NCBI GenBank assembly: GCA_964618845.1 | Contig: CAZUCU010000001.1 | Location: forward strand, 468-64,467 | DNA length: 64,000 nucleotides | DNA from: an uncultured Candidatus Saccharibacteria bacterium | GTDB lineage: Bacteria > Patescibacteriota > Minisyncoccia > Phycocordibacterales > JAACPR01 | Direction: 5' to 3' | Part shown: positions 9,355 through 19,003 of the stretch, in pieces | Position numbering within the stretch: the stretch's first letter is position 1 | How the letters are laid out: each line of letters opens with the position of its first letter | Notes under the pieces: generated by a model | Databases searched by the model: none | Told to the model about the DNA's origin: nothing | The model's input: the letters and a program-made list of their open reading frames with translations, nothing else | Translations under genes and position numbers: made by a program

Positions 9355-10716
9355 TTGTTTATGAGAAAAAAAATTATGCAAGATGTAATACCACCAAATC
9401 AAAAAAGATCTATAAGAGATATTCCTTTGCCAAGAAGTAGAAGGGGAAATTCTGATATAAAAATAAACAATGAGGAAGAATTTTTTCAAGAAAAATCATT
9501 TGGAAAAATAGATACAAAAAATATACCCCCAGACACAGATTATGAAGAGAACTCCTATTATGACGAAGAGAAACCTAAAAAATATTTCAAGAAAATTTTG
9601 TTTCTGTTTTTTTCTTTTTTTGTAATTTTTTCTCTATTGTTTTTTTTAAGGACAAAAGCCGAAGTCACAATTATACCAAAAAAAGAAACATCCAATATCT
9701 CTGGTATATATGAAATCAAAGAAAAAAATCAAAATACAGATTCCAATACTCTTGTATACGATAAGATTTTTGAAATTGAAAAGCAATCCTCAATAACTGC
9801 TGAATCCTCGGGAGAAGAAGAAGTAAAACAAAAAGCTTCTGGAATTATAAAAATATATAACGAATACTCCAAAGAAAAACAAAATTTAGTAAAAAACACT
9901 AGATTTGAGGCCAAAAATGGACTTATATTTAGAGTAGCAAATTCTGTTGAAATACCAGGATATAAAGAAGAAAATGGAAAAATTATTCCAGGCGAAGTAG
10001 AAGCAGAGATATTTGCTGATGAAGAAGGAGAAAAATATAATCTTTCAAAAACAAAATTCACTATTCCAGGATTCCAAAAATATCCAGATCGATATCAAAA
10101 GATTTATGCAGAATCTACAACAGATATTACTGGAGGATTTATTGGTAAAAAATACATAGTTTCTGAAGAAGATAAAAATTCTGCATTAGAAAAGCTGAAA
10201 CAAGATATTAAGGAACAGATGATTAAAGAAGTTAAAAATTATGATGGCAATTTCTTTATTATTTTTGATGAAAGTAAAATTAATTATTCAAACCTTGTAG
10301 AAGAAAACAGTGAAAATAAAGTAAACCTGAAAATAAGTGCTAATGTGGATGCTTATGCTTTTAATCTGAAAGATTTTTCTAAGTTTTTTGTAAAAAATCT
10401 AATCGTTGGTTCACCAGAGGGGGAAGTTATTATTACGAATCTCGACGAAATAAAATTTTCTTTGATTACAATAAAACCAGAAGATGAAAATCTTACAAAT
10501 AAACTAAGTTTGTCTGTTGAGGGCAATATGAATTTTGAGTGGGTAATTGATACTGAAGTATTAGCCCAAGAATTATCAGGGAAAAATAGAACTGAATTAC
10601 GGTCTATTTTGGAAAATAAAATTGCAATTTCTAAAGCTGAATTTGAACTGTCTCCTATGTGGAGCAAAAAATTTCCAAGAAATCCATCAAAAATAAAATT
10701 TACAATTAATAAATAA
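9355..10716 (+). CDS. Hypothetical membrane-anchored protein (about 80-aa cytoplasmic N-terminus, one TM, large extracytoplasmic domain)
   Basis: TM segment FFSFFVIFSLLFFL. 453 aa. Long stop-free ORF. Confidence 0.5.
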   Translation: MFMRKKIMQDVIPPNQKRSIRDIPLPRSRRGNSDIKINNEEEFFQEKSFGKIDTKNIPPDTDYEENSYYDEEKPKKYFKKILFLFFSFFVIFSLLFFLRTKAEVTIIPKKETSNISGIYEIKEKNQNTDSNTLVYDKIFEIEKQSSITAESSGEEEVKQKASGIIKIYNEYSKEKQNLVKNTRFEAKNGLIFRVANSVEIPGYKEENGKIIPGEVEAEIFADEEGEKYNLSKTKFTIPGFQKYPDRYQKIYAESTTDITGGFIGKKYIVSEEDKNSALEKLKQDIKEQMIKEVKNYDGNFFIIFDESKINYSNLVEENSENKVNLKISANVDAYAFNLKDFSKFFVKNLIVGSPEGEVIITNLDEIKFSLITIKPEDENLTNKLSLSVEGNMNFEWVIDTEVLAQELSGKNRTELRSILENKIAISKAEFELSPMWSKKFPRNPSKIKFTINK

Positions 10717-10753
10717 ATTGACTGTATTAAAATAATTATATATAAATTATTCA

Positions 10754-10966
10754 ATGAGTAAGGAGACAACATCAAAAAATGGTATAGTAATAGAGTCTTT
10801 ACCTAATACAATGTTTCGTGTTCAAATTGAAAATAGAGATGAACCAGTGTTAGCATATTTGTCTGGTAAAATGAGAATACACAAAATCCGCATTTTAATA
10901 GGAGATAGAGTAGAAATGATAATGGATCCCTATGATGGTAAAGCACGAATCATAAAAAGACTTTAA
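10754..10966 (+). CDS. infA: Translation initiation factor IF-1
   Basis: 70 aa. S1-like sequence GIVIESLPNTMFRVQIENRDEPVLAYLSGKMR. Confidence 0.9.
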   Translation: MSKETTSKNGIVIESLPNTMFRVQIENRDEPVLAYLSGKMRIHKIRILIGDRVEMIMDPYDGKARIIKRL

Positions 10967-11013
10967 AAAAACTTTACAAATGAATAATACTCTGCTAAAC
11001 TACGCATTCATAA

Positions 11014-11394
11014 ATGAGAATACAAGGTATTACAATTCCAGACAATAAAAGACTTGAGTTTGCTCTATCTGTGATTTTTGGTATTGGTAGGCAAAAATCC
11101 AAATCAATTCTCAAAAATCTTGGAGTTGACCATATGAAAAAAACAAAAGAATTATCAAGTGAAGAAGAAAATAAAATAAGAGAATCAATTGAAAAAATAA
11201 AGATTGAGGGTAATCTAAAACGAGAAATTTCTGGAAACATAAAAAGAATGAAAGATATTCATGCATATAGGGGAATAAGACACTCCAAAAGGCTTCCAGC
11301 AAGAGGACAGAGATCAAAAACAAACTCAAGAACCGTGCGAGGTAATGTTAGAAAGACCATGAGCTCTGGAAGAAAAACAGTTGATAAAAAATAA
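11014..11394 (+). CDS. rpsM: 30S ribosomal protein S13
   Basis: MRIQGITIPDNKRLEFALSVIFGIGR N-terminus typical of S13. Basic C-terminus. Confidence 0.9.
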   Translation: MRIQGITIPDNKRLEFALSVIFGIGRQKSKSILKNLGVDHMKKTKELSSEEENKIRESIEKIKIEGNLKREISGNIKRMKDIHAYRGIRHSKRLPARGQRSKTNSRTVRGNVRKTMSSGRKTVDKK

Positions 11395-11402
11395 AATATT
11401 TT

Positions 11403-11831
11403 ATGGGGAAAAAAAGAATTGTAACAAAAGGACAGAAACAAGAAACAGTAAATAGAGGAACGCAAATTAAACTACCAAGAAAAAAACTTGATCGAGGAAT
11501 TTTATATGTTCAATCTACTTTTAATAATACAAAATTATTACTTACAGATTTGAAAGGTAATGCAATAATTTCATCGTCAGCCGGATCACTGGGTTTTAGA
11601 GGTGCCAAAAAGGGTACTCCTTTTGCCGCTGCAAAAGCGGCTGAAGAATTGAGTGAAAAGGCAGAAAAACTTGGGTTAAAAGACATAGATGTTGTAGTTA
11701 GAGGTGTTGGAGCAGGAAGAGAATCTTCTATCAGAGGGTTTATTTCTCGAGGTATAAACATTAGATCTATAAAAGATACAACCCCTGTGCCACATAATGG
11801 TCCCAAACCACCCAAACCAAGAAGAGTTTAA
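11403..11831 (+). CDS. rpsK: 30S ribosomal protein S11
   Basis: GILYVQSTFNNTKLLLTDLKGNAI and GFRGAKKGTPFAAAKAAEE signature. Confidence 0.9.
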   Translation: MGKKRIVTKGQKQETVNRGTQIKLPRKKLDRGILYVQSTFNNTKLLLTDLKGNAIISSSAGSLGFRGAKKGTPFAAAKAAEELSEKAEKLGLKDIDVVVRGVGAGRESSIRGFISRGINIRSIKDTTPVPHNGPKPPKPRRV

Positions 11832-11852
11832 AAGAATAAAATTAAAAGTATC

Positions 11853-12458
11853 ATGAAAATAGGTCCAAAATACAAAATAGCAAGACGATTAGGAAGTTCT
11901 GTTTTTGAAAAAACACAGAACCCTAAATATATTTTAAATGAACAAAAAAAGTCAAAACTTAAAAAATCAAGACCGAAGTCTATTTTTGGTAAACAATTAA
12001 TAGAAAAACAAAAAGTAAGATTTACTTACTTACTTTCTGAAAAACAATTTTCAAAATATGTTAAGGAAATAATAAACAAAAAATCAGGAACACAAGCCGA
12101 AGATTTATATAAAAAATTGGAAAAAAGATTAGATAATGTGGTTCTTAGGTCTGGTTTTTTAAAAACAAGACCTCTTGCTAAACAAGCCGTCTCCCACGGT
12201 CATTTTCTGATAAATAATAAAAGAGTATATGTTCCATCAATAGAAACAAAAAAAGGAGATAAAATTACTATCAGAGAAGGAAGTTTAAATAAGGGCATTT
12301 TTATTGATTTAGAAAATACAGTAAAAAATAATCAAACTCCTGCTTGGTTAAAAATAAATTTTAATGAAAAATCAATACAAATAGTTGATGAACCAACCTA
12401 TTTTAAAACAAATTTGGACTTTGATCTACAAAAAGTCTTAGAGTATTACAAAAGGTAA
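11853..12458 (+). CDS. rpsD: 30S ribosomal protein S4
   Basis: GPKYKIARRLG N-terminus. S4 domain. Confidence 0.9.
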   Translation: MKIGPKYKIARRLGSSVFEKTQNPKYILNEQKKSKLKKSRPKSIFGKQLIEKQKVRFTYLLSEKQFSKYVKEIINKKSGTQAEDLYKKLEKRLDNVVLRSGFLKTRPLAKQAVSHGHFLINNKRVYVPSIETKKGDKITIREGSLNKGIFIDLENTVKNNQTPAWLKINFNEKSIQIVDEPTYFKTNLDFDLQKVLEYYKR

Positions 12459-12544
12459 AACTTGAAATTTTTCGACTTTTGATGTATATTTTAATAACAA
12501 AAAAAATCGAATTTATAAATTAAAAATTAACTAAAGTCAAATTT

Positions 12545-13489
12545 ATGTCAGAACAAAAAATTGCTATCCCATCCAAACCGAGAGTAGTTGAAGAAAGTGA
12601 TTCAAAGGGAATTTACGAAATTGATGGTCTATACCCAGGGTATGGTCATACTCTTGGTAACTCGCTTCGAAGAATTATTTTGTCATCATTGCCAGGATCA
12701 GCAATAACAGAAATTAAAATTGATGGAGTAGACCATGAATTTTCTACAATCGAAGGAGTAAAGGAGGATGTCTTATTAATAATTCTTAATATTAAAAAAA
12801 TAAGAATAAGAAACGAATCAGAAGAACCACAAATGATGACCCTAAAAGTTAAAGGACCCAAAAAAGTTACTGTCGCGGATATAGATGCCCCTTCTCAAAT
12901 TCGAATCATAAACAAAGATCAAGAATTATTTGAAATTACAAGTAAAAAAGAAATTGAAATTGAATTTAAAATAGAAAATGGAATTGGTTTTATACCAAGA
13001 GAAATCTTACACAAAGAAAAAATGGAAGTGGGAACTATTGCTCTTGATGCAATTTTTACACCTATTCGAAGAGTGCATTATGAAAAACAAAATATGCGTG
13101 TGGGTGATCGAACAGATTATAACAGATTAAAAATAACTATAGAAACAGACGGTACTATTACAGCAAGAGAAGCTTTAGAAAAATCTATTGAAACAATGAT
13201 TATTCAACTTAAGGCCATTATTGGTTTTAAAGAAGAATCTATAGACCAAGAAACAGAACCAGAGATTGAAAACCAAGAAGAGGTAGAAGATTTTTTGAAA
13301 ACTAGAATAGAAGATCTAAAACTTTCTGTTAGAACAACAAATGCTCTATCCAATGCAAATATTAGAACAGTGGGAGGTTTAGCAAGAAAAAAGGAATCTG
13401 ATATTTTGGAAATAGAAGGATTGGGTCAAAAAGGATTAGATGAAATAAAAGATCTTTTGGCAATACATAATATTTCATTAAAAGATTAG
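12545..13489 (+). CDS. rpoA: DNA-directed RNA polymerase subunit alpha
   Basis: Position after rpsD. N-terminal dimerisation domain (GYGHTLGNSLRRIL). C-terminal alpha-CTD (LKLSVRTTNAL). Confidence 0.9.
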   Translation: MSEQKIAIPSKPRVVEESDSKGIYEIDGLYPGYGHTLGNSLRRIILSSLPGSAITEIKIDGVDHEFSTIEGVKEDVLLIILNIKKIRIRNESEEPQMMTLKVKGPKKVTVADIDAPSQIRIINKDQELFEITSKKEIEIEFKIENGIGFIPREILHKEKMEVGTIALDAIFTPIRRVHYEKQNMRVGDRTDYNRLKITIETDGTITAREALEKSIETMIIQLKAIIGFKEESIDQETEPEIENQEEVEDFLKTRIEDLKLSVRTTNALSNANIRTVGGLARKKESDILEIEGLGQKGLDEIKDLLAIHNISLKD

Positions 13490-13527
13490 CTTTACTTTTG
13501 AATTGAAATATATTAATCTTTTAACCC

Positions 13528-13875
13528 ATGCAACACGGAAAGTCCAAAAAAACATTAGGAAGAACAAGAAGACAATACAAAGCACTTGTTAAATCTTTGG
13601 TTATTTCTTTGACAAAAAATGGATCTATAAAAACTACAGAAGCAAAAGCAAAGGAAATAAGGCCATTTGTAGAGAAACAAATAACTTTACTTAAAAAAGA
13701 AAATTTAAATTCTCTAAAATTAGTTTCGTCAAGACTGAATGTCATTACAGCCAAAAAACTTTTGGAAATTGCCAAATCTTTTAAAGATAAAAAAGGTGGA
13801 TATTCAAGGATTATCAAATTAGAACCACGAAAAGGGGATTCGGCAAAAATGGCCATTATTGAATTTGTAAAATAA
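13528..13875 (+). CDS. rplQ: 50S ribosomal protein L17
   Basis: [20 protein letters not shown] ... GGYSRIIKL pattern of L17. Confidence 0.9.
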   Translation: MQHGKSKKTLGRTRRQYKALVKSLVISLTKNGSIKTTEAKAKEIRPFVEKQITLLKKENLNSLKLVSSRLNVITAKKLLEIAKSFKDKKGGYSRIIKLEPRKGDSAKMAIIEFVK

Positions 13876-13879
13876 AAAA

Positions 13880-14221
13880 ATGAAAGAAATAGATGCAACA
13901 AACAAAAAGTTAGGTAGAGTCGCTCAGGAAGTGGCAATGGTTTTGATGGGTAAAGACAGGCCAGATTATGAACCAAATAAAATTAACACGAATGGAATAA
14001 AAATCATAAATGCATCTAAGGTTATTATCGATGAAAAAAAGAAAGAACAAAAATTTTATAAAAGATTTACGGGCTATCCAGGTGGTTTAAAAAAGAGATC
14101 AATGAAAGAACAGATTAATAAAAAGGATATAAAGGAAATTTTTAAAAAAGCTATTTATGGAATGTTACCAAATAATAAATTAAGAAAAGAAAGAATGAAA
14201 AAATTAATAATTACAGAATAG
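13880..14221 (+). CDS. rplM: 50S ribosomal protein L13
   Basis: LGRVAQEVAMVLMGKDRPDYEP ... GYPGGLK ... GMLPNNKL matches conserved L13 blocks. Confidence 0.85.
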   Translation: MKEIDATNKKLGRVAQEVAMVLMGKDRPDYEPNKINTNGIKIINASKVIIDEKKKEQKFYKRFTGYPGGLKKRSMKEQINKKDIKEIFKKAIYGMLPNNKLRKERMKKLIITE

Positions 14222-14222
14222 T

Positions 14223-14633
14223 ATGAAAATAGCCAAAAAGAAAGAAAAATATGTTGAAGGTATTGGAAGAAGAAAAGAATCAGTGGCCAGAGTCAGGCTT
14301 TTTGAATCAAAAGAAAACTCTGTTTTAATTAATGAAAAAGCTGTAGAGGTTTTTTTTAAAACCGAAATCCAAAAAAAGATTGCTCTTCAGTCCCTAATCA
14401 ATATATCAACAGAAAAAAAATATAAAGTTATCGCTATAGTTAAAGGTGGAGGTATGTCATCTCAAGCGGAATCAATTAGACTTGGAATTGCAAGAGCTTT
14501 GGTTAAAATAGATGATAGTTTAAGAAAAGAATTAAAGAAAAAGTCTTTTCTTAAAAGAGACCCGAGAGCAAAAGAGAGGAGAAAGTTTGGTTTGAAAAAG
14601 GCTCGAAAAGCCCCACAATGGAGTAAGAGATAA
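14223..14633 (+). CDS. rpsI: 30S ribosomal protein S9
   Basis: C-terminal RDPRAKERRKFGLKKARKAPQWSKR is the S9 signature. Confidence 0.9.
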   Translation: MKIAKKKEKYVEGIGRRKESVARVRLFESKENSVLINEKAVEVFFKTEIQKKIALQSLINISTEKKYKVIAIVKGGGMSSQAESIRLGIARALVKIDDSLRKELKKKSFLKRDPRAKERRKFGLKKARKAPQWSKR

Positions 14634-14640
14634 TTCGAAA

Positions 14641-14732
14641 ATTCATATTACCAAAATATCTTTTCGAAATTGTTTAGCCCAGTTTGAGATATTGTGATAG
14701 TATGTTTTCAAAGATATTTTGGTAATATGAAT
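14641..14732. promoter_or_regulatory. Perfect 23-bp inverted repeat (ATTCATATTACCAAAATATCTTT ... AAAGATATTTTGGTAATATGAAT) with a 46-nt spacer, between rpsI and grpE
   Basis: Read directly: arms at 14641-14663 and 14710-14732 are exact reverse complements. The spacer contains TTGAGA and TAGTAT promoter-like hexamers. Confidence 0.5.
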
Positions 14733-14748
14733 TATCCTTATTTAAAAT

Positions 14749-15306
14749 ATGAAAAACAAAAAAGTAGAACAAGATGATATTGTTTTTGAATCTGATGATG
14801 AATCAGTGGAAATTGATTTTGTCCAAAAAATAAAAAAAATAAAAGAAGATTTAAAAAAATGTCAGGAAGAAAAAGCAGAGTATCTTGATGGTTGGCAAAG
14901 GGCAAAAGCAGATTTTATAAATTATAAAAAGACTCAAGAAGAAAATTTACATAATCACAGAAAATATGCCAACGAAGATTTGACTGTATCCATATTTCCA
15001 GTTTTGGATGCATTTGAAATGTCTCTTAAGGATCATGGTGAGGGGGAGGAAATTAAAAGGTGGAAAACTGGTTTTGAACATGTTTATAAACAATTAAAAA
15101 AAATTTTAGAAAGTGTAGGAGTTGAACAATTAAACCCAGAGGGAGAAACTTTTGATCCAAACCTACATGAATCTATAGAAATGATTGAGACAGACAAAAA
15201 AGACAAAGACCATAAAATTGCAAAAGTAGTAATGCGAGGTTATAAACTCGGTGATAAAATACTACGCGCTCCGCAGGTAAAAGTTTGGGTCTGTAAGACA
15301 GAGTAA
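14749..15306 (+). CDS. grpE: Nucleotide exchange factor GrpE
   Basis: GrpE coiled-coil and beta-domain blocks (DGWQRAKADFINYKK ... VLDAFE). 185 aa. Precedes dnaK. Confidence 0.85.
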   Translation: MKNKKVEQDDIVFESDDESVEIDFVQKIKKIKEDLKKCQEEKAEYLDGWQRAKADFINYKKTQEENLHNHRKYANEDLTVSIFPVLDAFEMSLKDHGEGEEIKRWKTGFEHVYKQLKKILESVGVEQLNPEGETFDPNLHESIEMIETDKKDKDHKIAKVVMRGYKLGDKILRAPQVKVWVCKTE

Positions 15307-15310
15307 GTGT

Positions 15311-15339
15311 TTACAAAAACATTTTTTTGTCTTATAATA
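15311..15339 (+). promoter_or_regulatory. Sigma-70-like promoter TTTACA-N17-TATAAT upstream of dnaK
   Basis: Near-consensus hexamers with 17-nt spacing. Followed by GAAGTGAAAAGT and a triple CTTCTCG tandem repeat (15391-15412). Confidence 0.45.
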
Positions 15340-15390
15340 CGCCCACTAATTAATAGCAAGGAGTAAGAAGTGAAAAGTGGGAAGAATTTG

Positions 15391-15412
15391 CTTCTCGCTT
15401 CTCGCTTCTCGC
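15391..15412. repeat. Tandem heptamer repeat (CTTCTCG)x3 in the dnaK 5' region
   Basis: Seen directly. The same GAGAAGC-family motif occurs at 3798-3825, 3946-3970 and 37342-37383. Confidence 0.8.
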
Positions 15413-15430
15413 TTTTAACTTTAAATATAT

Positions 15431-17329
15431 ATGTCAAAAATTTTAGGTATTGATTTAGGAACAACAAATTGTGCAATGGCAATAATGATTGCTGGGAATC
15501 CAGAAATTATTGAAAATACTGAAGGAAACAGAACAACCCCTTCGGTTGTTGCCATATCAAAAAATAATGAGAGATTGGTTGGTCAAACCGCAAAAAGACA
15601 ATCAGTGACAAATCCCAAAAATACAATTTTCGGCATAAAGAGGTTTATTGGTCATTCTCATGACGATCAATCGATTTTAAAAGACAAGGAAACTGTTCCT
15701 TTTGAAATTTTAAAATCTAATAATGGTGGAGTTACAGTAAAAATGCAAAATAAAGAATATCGACCAGAGGAAATCTCTGCTATGATTTTACAAAAATTAA
15801 AACAAGATGCAGAAGCAAAAACAGGAGAAAAAATTACAGAAGCAATAATTACAGTTCCGGCATATTTTAATGATTCTCAAAGACAGGCCACAAAAGATGC
15901 GGGTAAAATTGCAGGACTTGAAGTTAAAAGAATTATTAATGAACCAACGGCAGCGGCTCTTGCATATGGTTTTAATAAAAAGAAAAATGAGCAAATTATT
16001 GTTTTTGATTTTGGTGGAGGAACTTTTGATGTTTCTGTTTTGGAAGTGGGAGACGATGTCATTGAAGTAAAATCAACAGATGGTGATTCTCATATGGGTG
16101 GAAAAGATATTGATCAAAAAATTATAAAATGGATTATTGATGAATTTAAAAAACAAACAGCAATAAACCTTTCTGGTGATCCGCTTGCAATGCAACGACT
16201 TTATGAAGAAGCAGAGAAAGCAAAGATTGAACTTTCAACGGCACAAGAAACCGAAATAAACATTCCTTTTATTGCGTCAGGACCAAATGGACCAGAGCAC
16301 TTGGTTTTAAAATTTTCACGAGCTAAACTTGAAGAATTATCAAATGAATTTATAGAGAGAGCAATTGAAATCACAAAAAGAGCAATGGAAGCTTCTCCAT
16401 TTAAAATTTCGGATATTGATGAAATAGTGTTGGTGGGAGGTCAAACAAGAATGCCAAAAATCCAAGAAGAAGTAAAAAAACTTTTTAATGGAAAAGAACC
16501 AAATAAATCAATTAATCCAGATGAAGTGGTAGCTCTTGGAGCAGCACTTCAGGGGGGGATTATGCAAGGAGATGTAAAAGATGTTTTACTTCTTGATGTT
16601 ATTCCACTTTCACTTGGTATTGAAACACTCGGAGGAGTTGCAACAAAATTAATTGATAGAAATACAACAATTCCTGCATCAAAATCTCAAATTTTTTCAA
16701 CCGCAGCAGACAATCAAACTCAAGTAGAGATCCATATTGTTCAAGGGGAACGAGCAATGGCATCTGACAATAAATCTCTTGGAAGATTTATTTTGGATGG
16801 AATTCCACCAGCACGAAGAGGCATGCCACAAGTAGAAGTTACTTTTGATATTGATGCAAACGGAATTTTGAAAGTTTCTGCCAAAGATAAGGCGACAAAC
16901 AAAGAACAATCGATTAGAATCGAAGCGAGATCAGGTCTTAGTGAAGCTGATATAAAGAAAATGCAAGACGAAGCCACAATACATGCCAGTGAAGACGAAA
17001 AGAAAAAAACACTTATTGAAAAGAAAAATTTGGCAGAGCAAATGGTCTATACTGCAGAAAAAACTTTAAAAGATGGTGAAGAAAAAATTAAATCAGAAAC
17101 AAAAACTGAAGTTGAAGAAAAAATTAAAAATTTGAAAGAAAAATTAAATTCTGAAAATGTTGATGAACTTCAAAAACTTACAGAAGAACTTTCTGCATCA
17201 CTTCAAAAAGCAGGCACAGAGATGTATTCTAACCAAGGTTCAGAGAATAATGCTCAGAGATCAGATAAAAATGACAATGTAAAGGAAGCGGAGGTTGAAC
17301 GCGAAGATAAAAACGACGAAAATAAATAA
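15431..17329 (+). CDS. dnaK: Chaperone DnaK (Hsp70)
   Basis: [24 protein letters not shown] and other Hsp70 signatures. 632 aa. Confidence 0.95.
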   Translation: MSKILGIDLGTTNCAMAIMIAGNPEIIENTEGNRTTPSVVAISKNNERLVGQTAKRQSVTNPKNTIFGIKRFIGHSHDDQSILKDKETVPFEILKSNNGGVTVKMQNKEYRPEEISAMILQKLKQDAEAKTGEKITEAIITVPAYFNDSQRQATKDAGKIAGLEVKRIINEPTAAALAYGFNKKKNEQIIVFDFGGGTFDVSVLEVGDDVIEVKSTDGDSHMGGKDIDQKIIKWIIDEFKKQTAINLSGDPLAMQRLYEEAEKAKIELSTAQETEINIPFIASGPNGPEHLVLKFSRAKLEELSNEFIERAIEITKRAMEASPFKISDIDEIVLVGGQTRMPKIQEEVKKLFNGKEPNKSINPDEVVALGAALQGGIMQGDVKDVLLLDVIPLSLGIETLGGVATKLIDRNTTIPASKSQIFSTAADNQTQVEIHIVQGERAMASDNKSLGRFILDGIPPARRGMPQVEVTFDIDANGILKVSAKDKATNKEQSIRIEARSGLSEADIKKMQDEATIHASEDEKKKTLIEKKNLAEQMVYTAEKTLKDGEEKIKSETKTEVEEKIKNLKEKLNSENVDELQKLTEELSASLQKAGTEMYSNQGSENNAQRSDKNDNVKEAEVEREDKNDENK

Positions 17330-17345
17330 TTCTATTAACTGATCA

Positions 17346-18221
17346 TTGAAAACCGATTATTTCATGTCAAAAGACTACTACAAAATTTTAGGTATAAACA
17401 AAAACGCTTCCAAAGAAGAGGTAAAAAAAGCTTTTCGCAAACTTGCTTTGGAACACCATCCAGATAAGGGGGGGAGTGAAGCAAAATTCAAAGAAATAAA
17501 TGAGGCATATTCTGTATTGTCAGATGATAAAAAACGTGCTCAATATGATCAATTTGGAACGGCTGATTTTAATGGTTTCAATGCTGGTCAGGGCTTTAGT
17601 GGATTTGATTTTTCTGGATTTGGACAAAATGGACAAGGATTTGAATTTGATTTGGGTGATATTTTCAACCAATTTTTTGGTGGAGGTTTTAGAAGACAGA
17701 GAAAAGGTTCAAACATCCAAGTTGATTTAGATCTTGATTTTAAAGAGTCAATTCTTGGAGTAAAAAAGAAAATTTCTTTTTATAAAAATAGATCTGATAA
17801 AAAAACAGAACTTGAAGTAAAAATTCCAGCAGGTGTTGATAATGGAGAAGTTTTAAAAATTAGAGGAGAAGGAGAACCAATAGAAGATGGCCAACCCGGA
17901 GATCTTTATGTTGCTATTCATGTAAAAACACACCCAAAAATACACAAAAGAGGTGTACATTTAGTTCAAGCCCTTGAAATTTCTATTTCCGAAGCAATTT
18001 TGGGAACCAAAAAAGAGATTGAAACTATAGATGGTAAATTAAAAATTAAAATACCACCAGGATCTAACACAGGCGATATTTTGAAAGTAAAAGGGGAAGG
18101 AGTAAAAATCTCTGAATATAAAAGAGGAGATATGTTAGTTGGAATAAAAGTCAATATTCCAGATAAGGTTTCAGGAAAAGTTAAAAAGATACTTGAAGAA
18201 TTAGATAAAGAAGGTTTATAA
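17346..18221 (+). CDS. dnaJ: J-domain co-chaperone (DnaJ/CbpA-like, lacking the CxxCxGxG zinc finger)
   Basis: J domain with HPD ([33 protein letters not shown]). G/F-rich linker. C-terminal substrate-binding repeats. Confidence 0.8.
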   Translation: MKTDYFMSKDYYKILGINKNASKEEVKKAFRKLALEHHPDKGGSEAKFKEINEAYSVLSDDKKRAQYDQFGTADFNGFNAGQGFSGFDFSGFGQNGQGFEFDLGDIFNQFFGGGFRRQRKGSNIQVDLDLDFKESILGVKKKISFYKNRSDKKTELEVKIPAGVDNGEVLKIRGEGEPIEDGQPGDLYVAIHVKTHPKIHKRGVHLVQALEISISEAILGTKKEIETIDGKLKIKIPPGSNTGDILKVKGEGVKISEYKRGDMLVGIKVNIPDKVSGKVKKILEELDKEGL

Positions 18222-18228
18222 TATAATT

Positions 18229-18693
18229 ATGTCTATCGGTTTTTTAACTCTTGATATTATAATTATTTTAATCATTTTTATTGGGTCTTTTATTTATTCT
18301 TTTAATGCAGGAAAAAAAGAAGTTGTAAAATTAATTTTTCCAATTTATATAACTCTTTTGATATTTTCTAATTTAAAATTTTCTGCACTAAAAGATAATA
18401 CAACAATGATTTTAACATTTGTTGTTATTTATTTAATATTAATGTTTTTACTTCGTAAAAATTTTACAGCTCCATCAAATCATTCTGGTAGCAGAAAATT
18501 TTTTGATAGTCTGTTTATTAGTATTGCGGCAGTTTTTATGCTTTTGGTTATTTACTATAAAATATTACCAATAAGTGAATTTTATAATTTAAAACTTCCG
18601 TTTAGTGGATTCTTGATTCAAAAAATCCCTTCTTATATAAGTTTATTAGTTCCAATATTTGCAATATTTATAACCAATAGAAGAGACGACTAA
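18229..18693 (+). CDS. Hypothetical integral membrane protein
   Basis: Four or five hydrophobic helices. 154 aa. Confidence 0.45.
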   Translation: MSIGFLTLDIIIILIIFIGSFIYSFNAGKKEVVKLIFPIYITLLIFSNLKFSALKDNTTMILTFVVIYLILMFLLRKNFTAPSNHSGSRKFFDSLFISIAAVFMLLVIYYKILPISEFYNLKLPFSGFLIQKIPSYISLLVPIFAIFITNRRDD

Positions 18694-18719
18694 CATTTAC
18701 AATAAAAAAGATTAGGTAT

Positions 18720-18914
18720 ATATTTAAAAACGGTATGAAGATTAGATACCATCTGGTTAATGGCGTTCCTCAAAGGAAAAAAGAAGAAGAAATCGAAATC
18801 CGGGGAAAAACGGAAAAATACAAAAAACCTCGGAATCGCCGAGAACGCTTTCGCCACCACCCAAGTGGCAGATTTCTTCCGCATTTTTCCTTTGTTAGGT
18901 AGCCTCCAGTTTGT
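18720..18914 (+). ncRNA. Candidate structured RNA / 5' leader: a GC-rich island relative to flanks, upstream of trpS. Identity unknown.
   Basis: Local GC well above flanks. Ends in a strong intrinsic terminator (next feature). No canonical T-box, tmRNA, SRP or RNase P motifs recognised. Confidence 0.25.
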
Positions 18915-18956
18915 GCCCCACATCATGTCGTCATCAACATGATGTGGGGCCTTTTT
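18915..18956 (+). terminator. Rho-independent terminator: 13-bp perfect stem GCCCCACATCATG / CATGATGTGGGGC, then CTTTTT
   Basis: Seen directly. Confidence 0.8.
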
Positions 18957-19003
18957 AAATAAAAGATATTTTTAAAATACTATTTTTTTGATATGATAAA
19001 CAT

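Noticed and set aside
14641-15430. CIRCE / HrcA operator upstream of grpE and dnaK
   Set aside because: No match to TTAGCACTC-N9-GAGTGCTAA. The large inverted repeat found here has a different sequence and geometry.
18700-18956. T-box riboswitch for trpS, or tmRNA, SRP RNA or RNase P RNA
   Set aside because: Position and terminator fit a T-box leader, but I cannot find the canonical AATTAGGGTGGNACCGCG T-box sequence or a specifier-loop context. There is no tRNA-like 5' end with GGTTCGANTCC and no tag-peptide ORF ending in ALAA-like residues for tmRNA. No GGAAGCAGCCAAGG (SRP) or RNase P P4 motifs. Left as an unclassified structured region.
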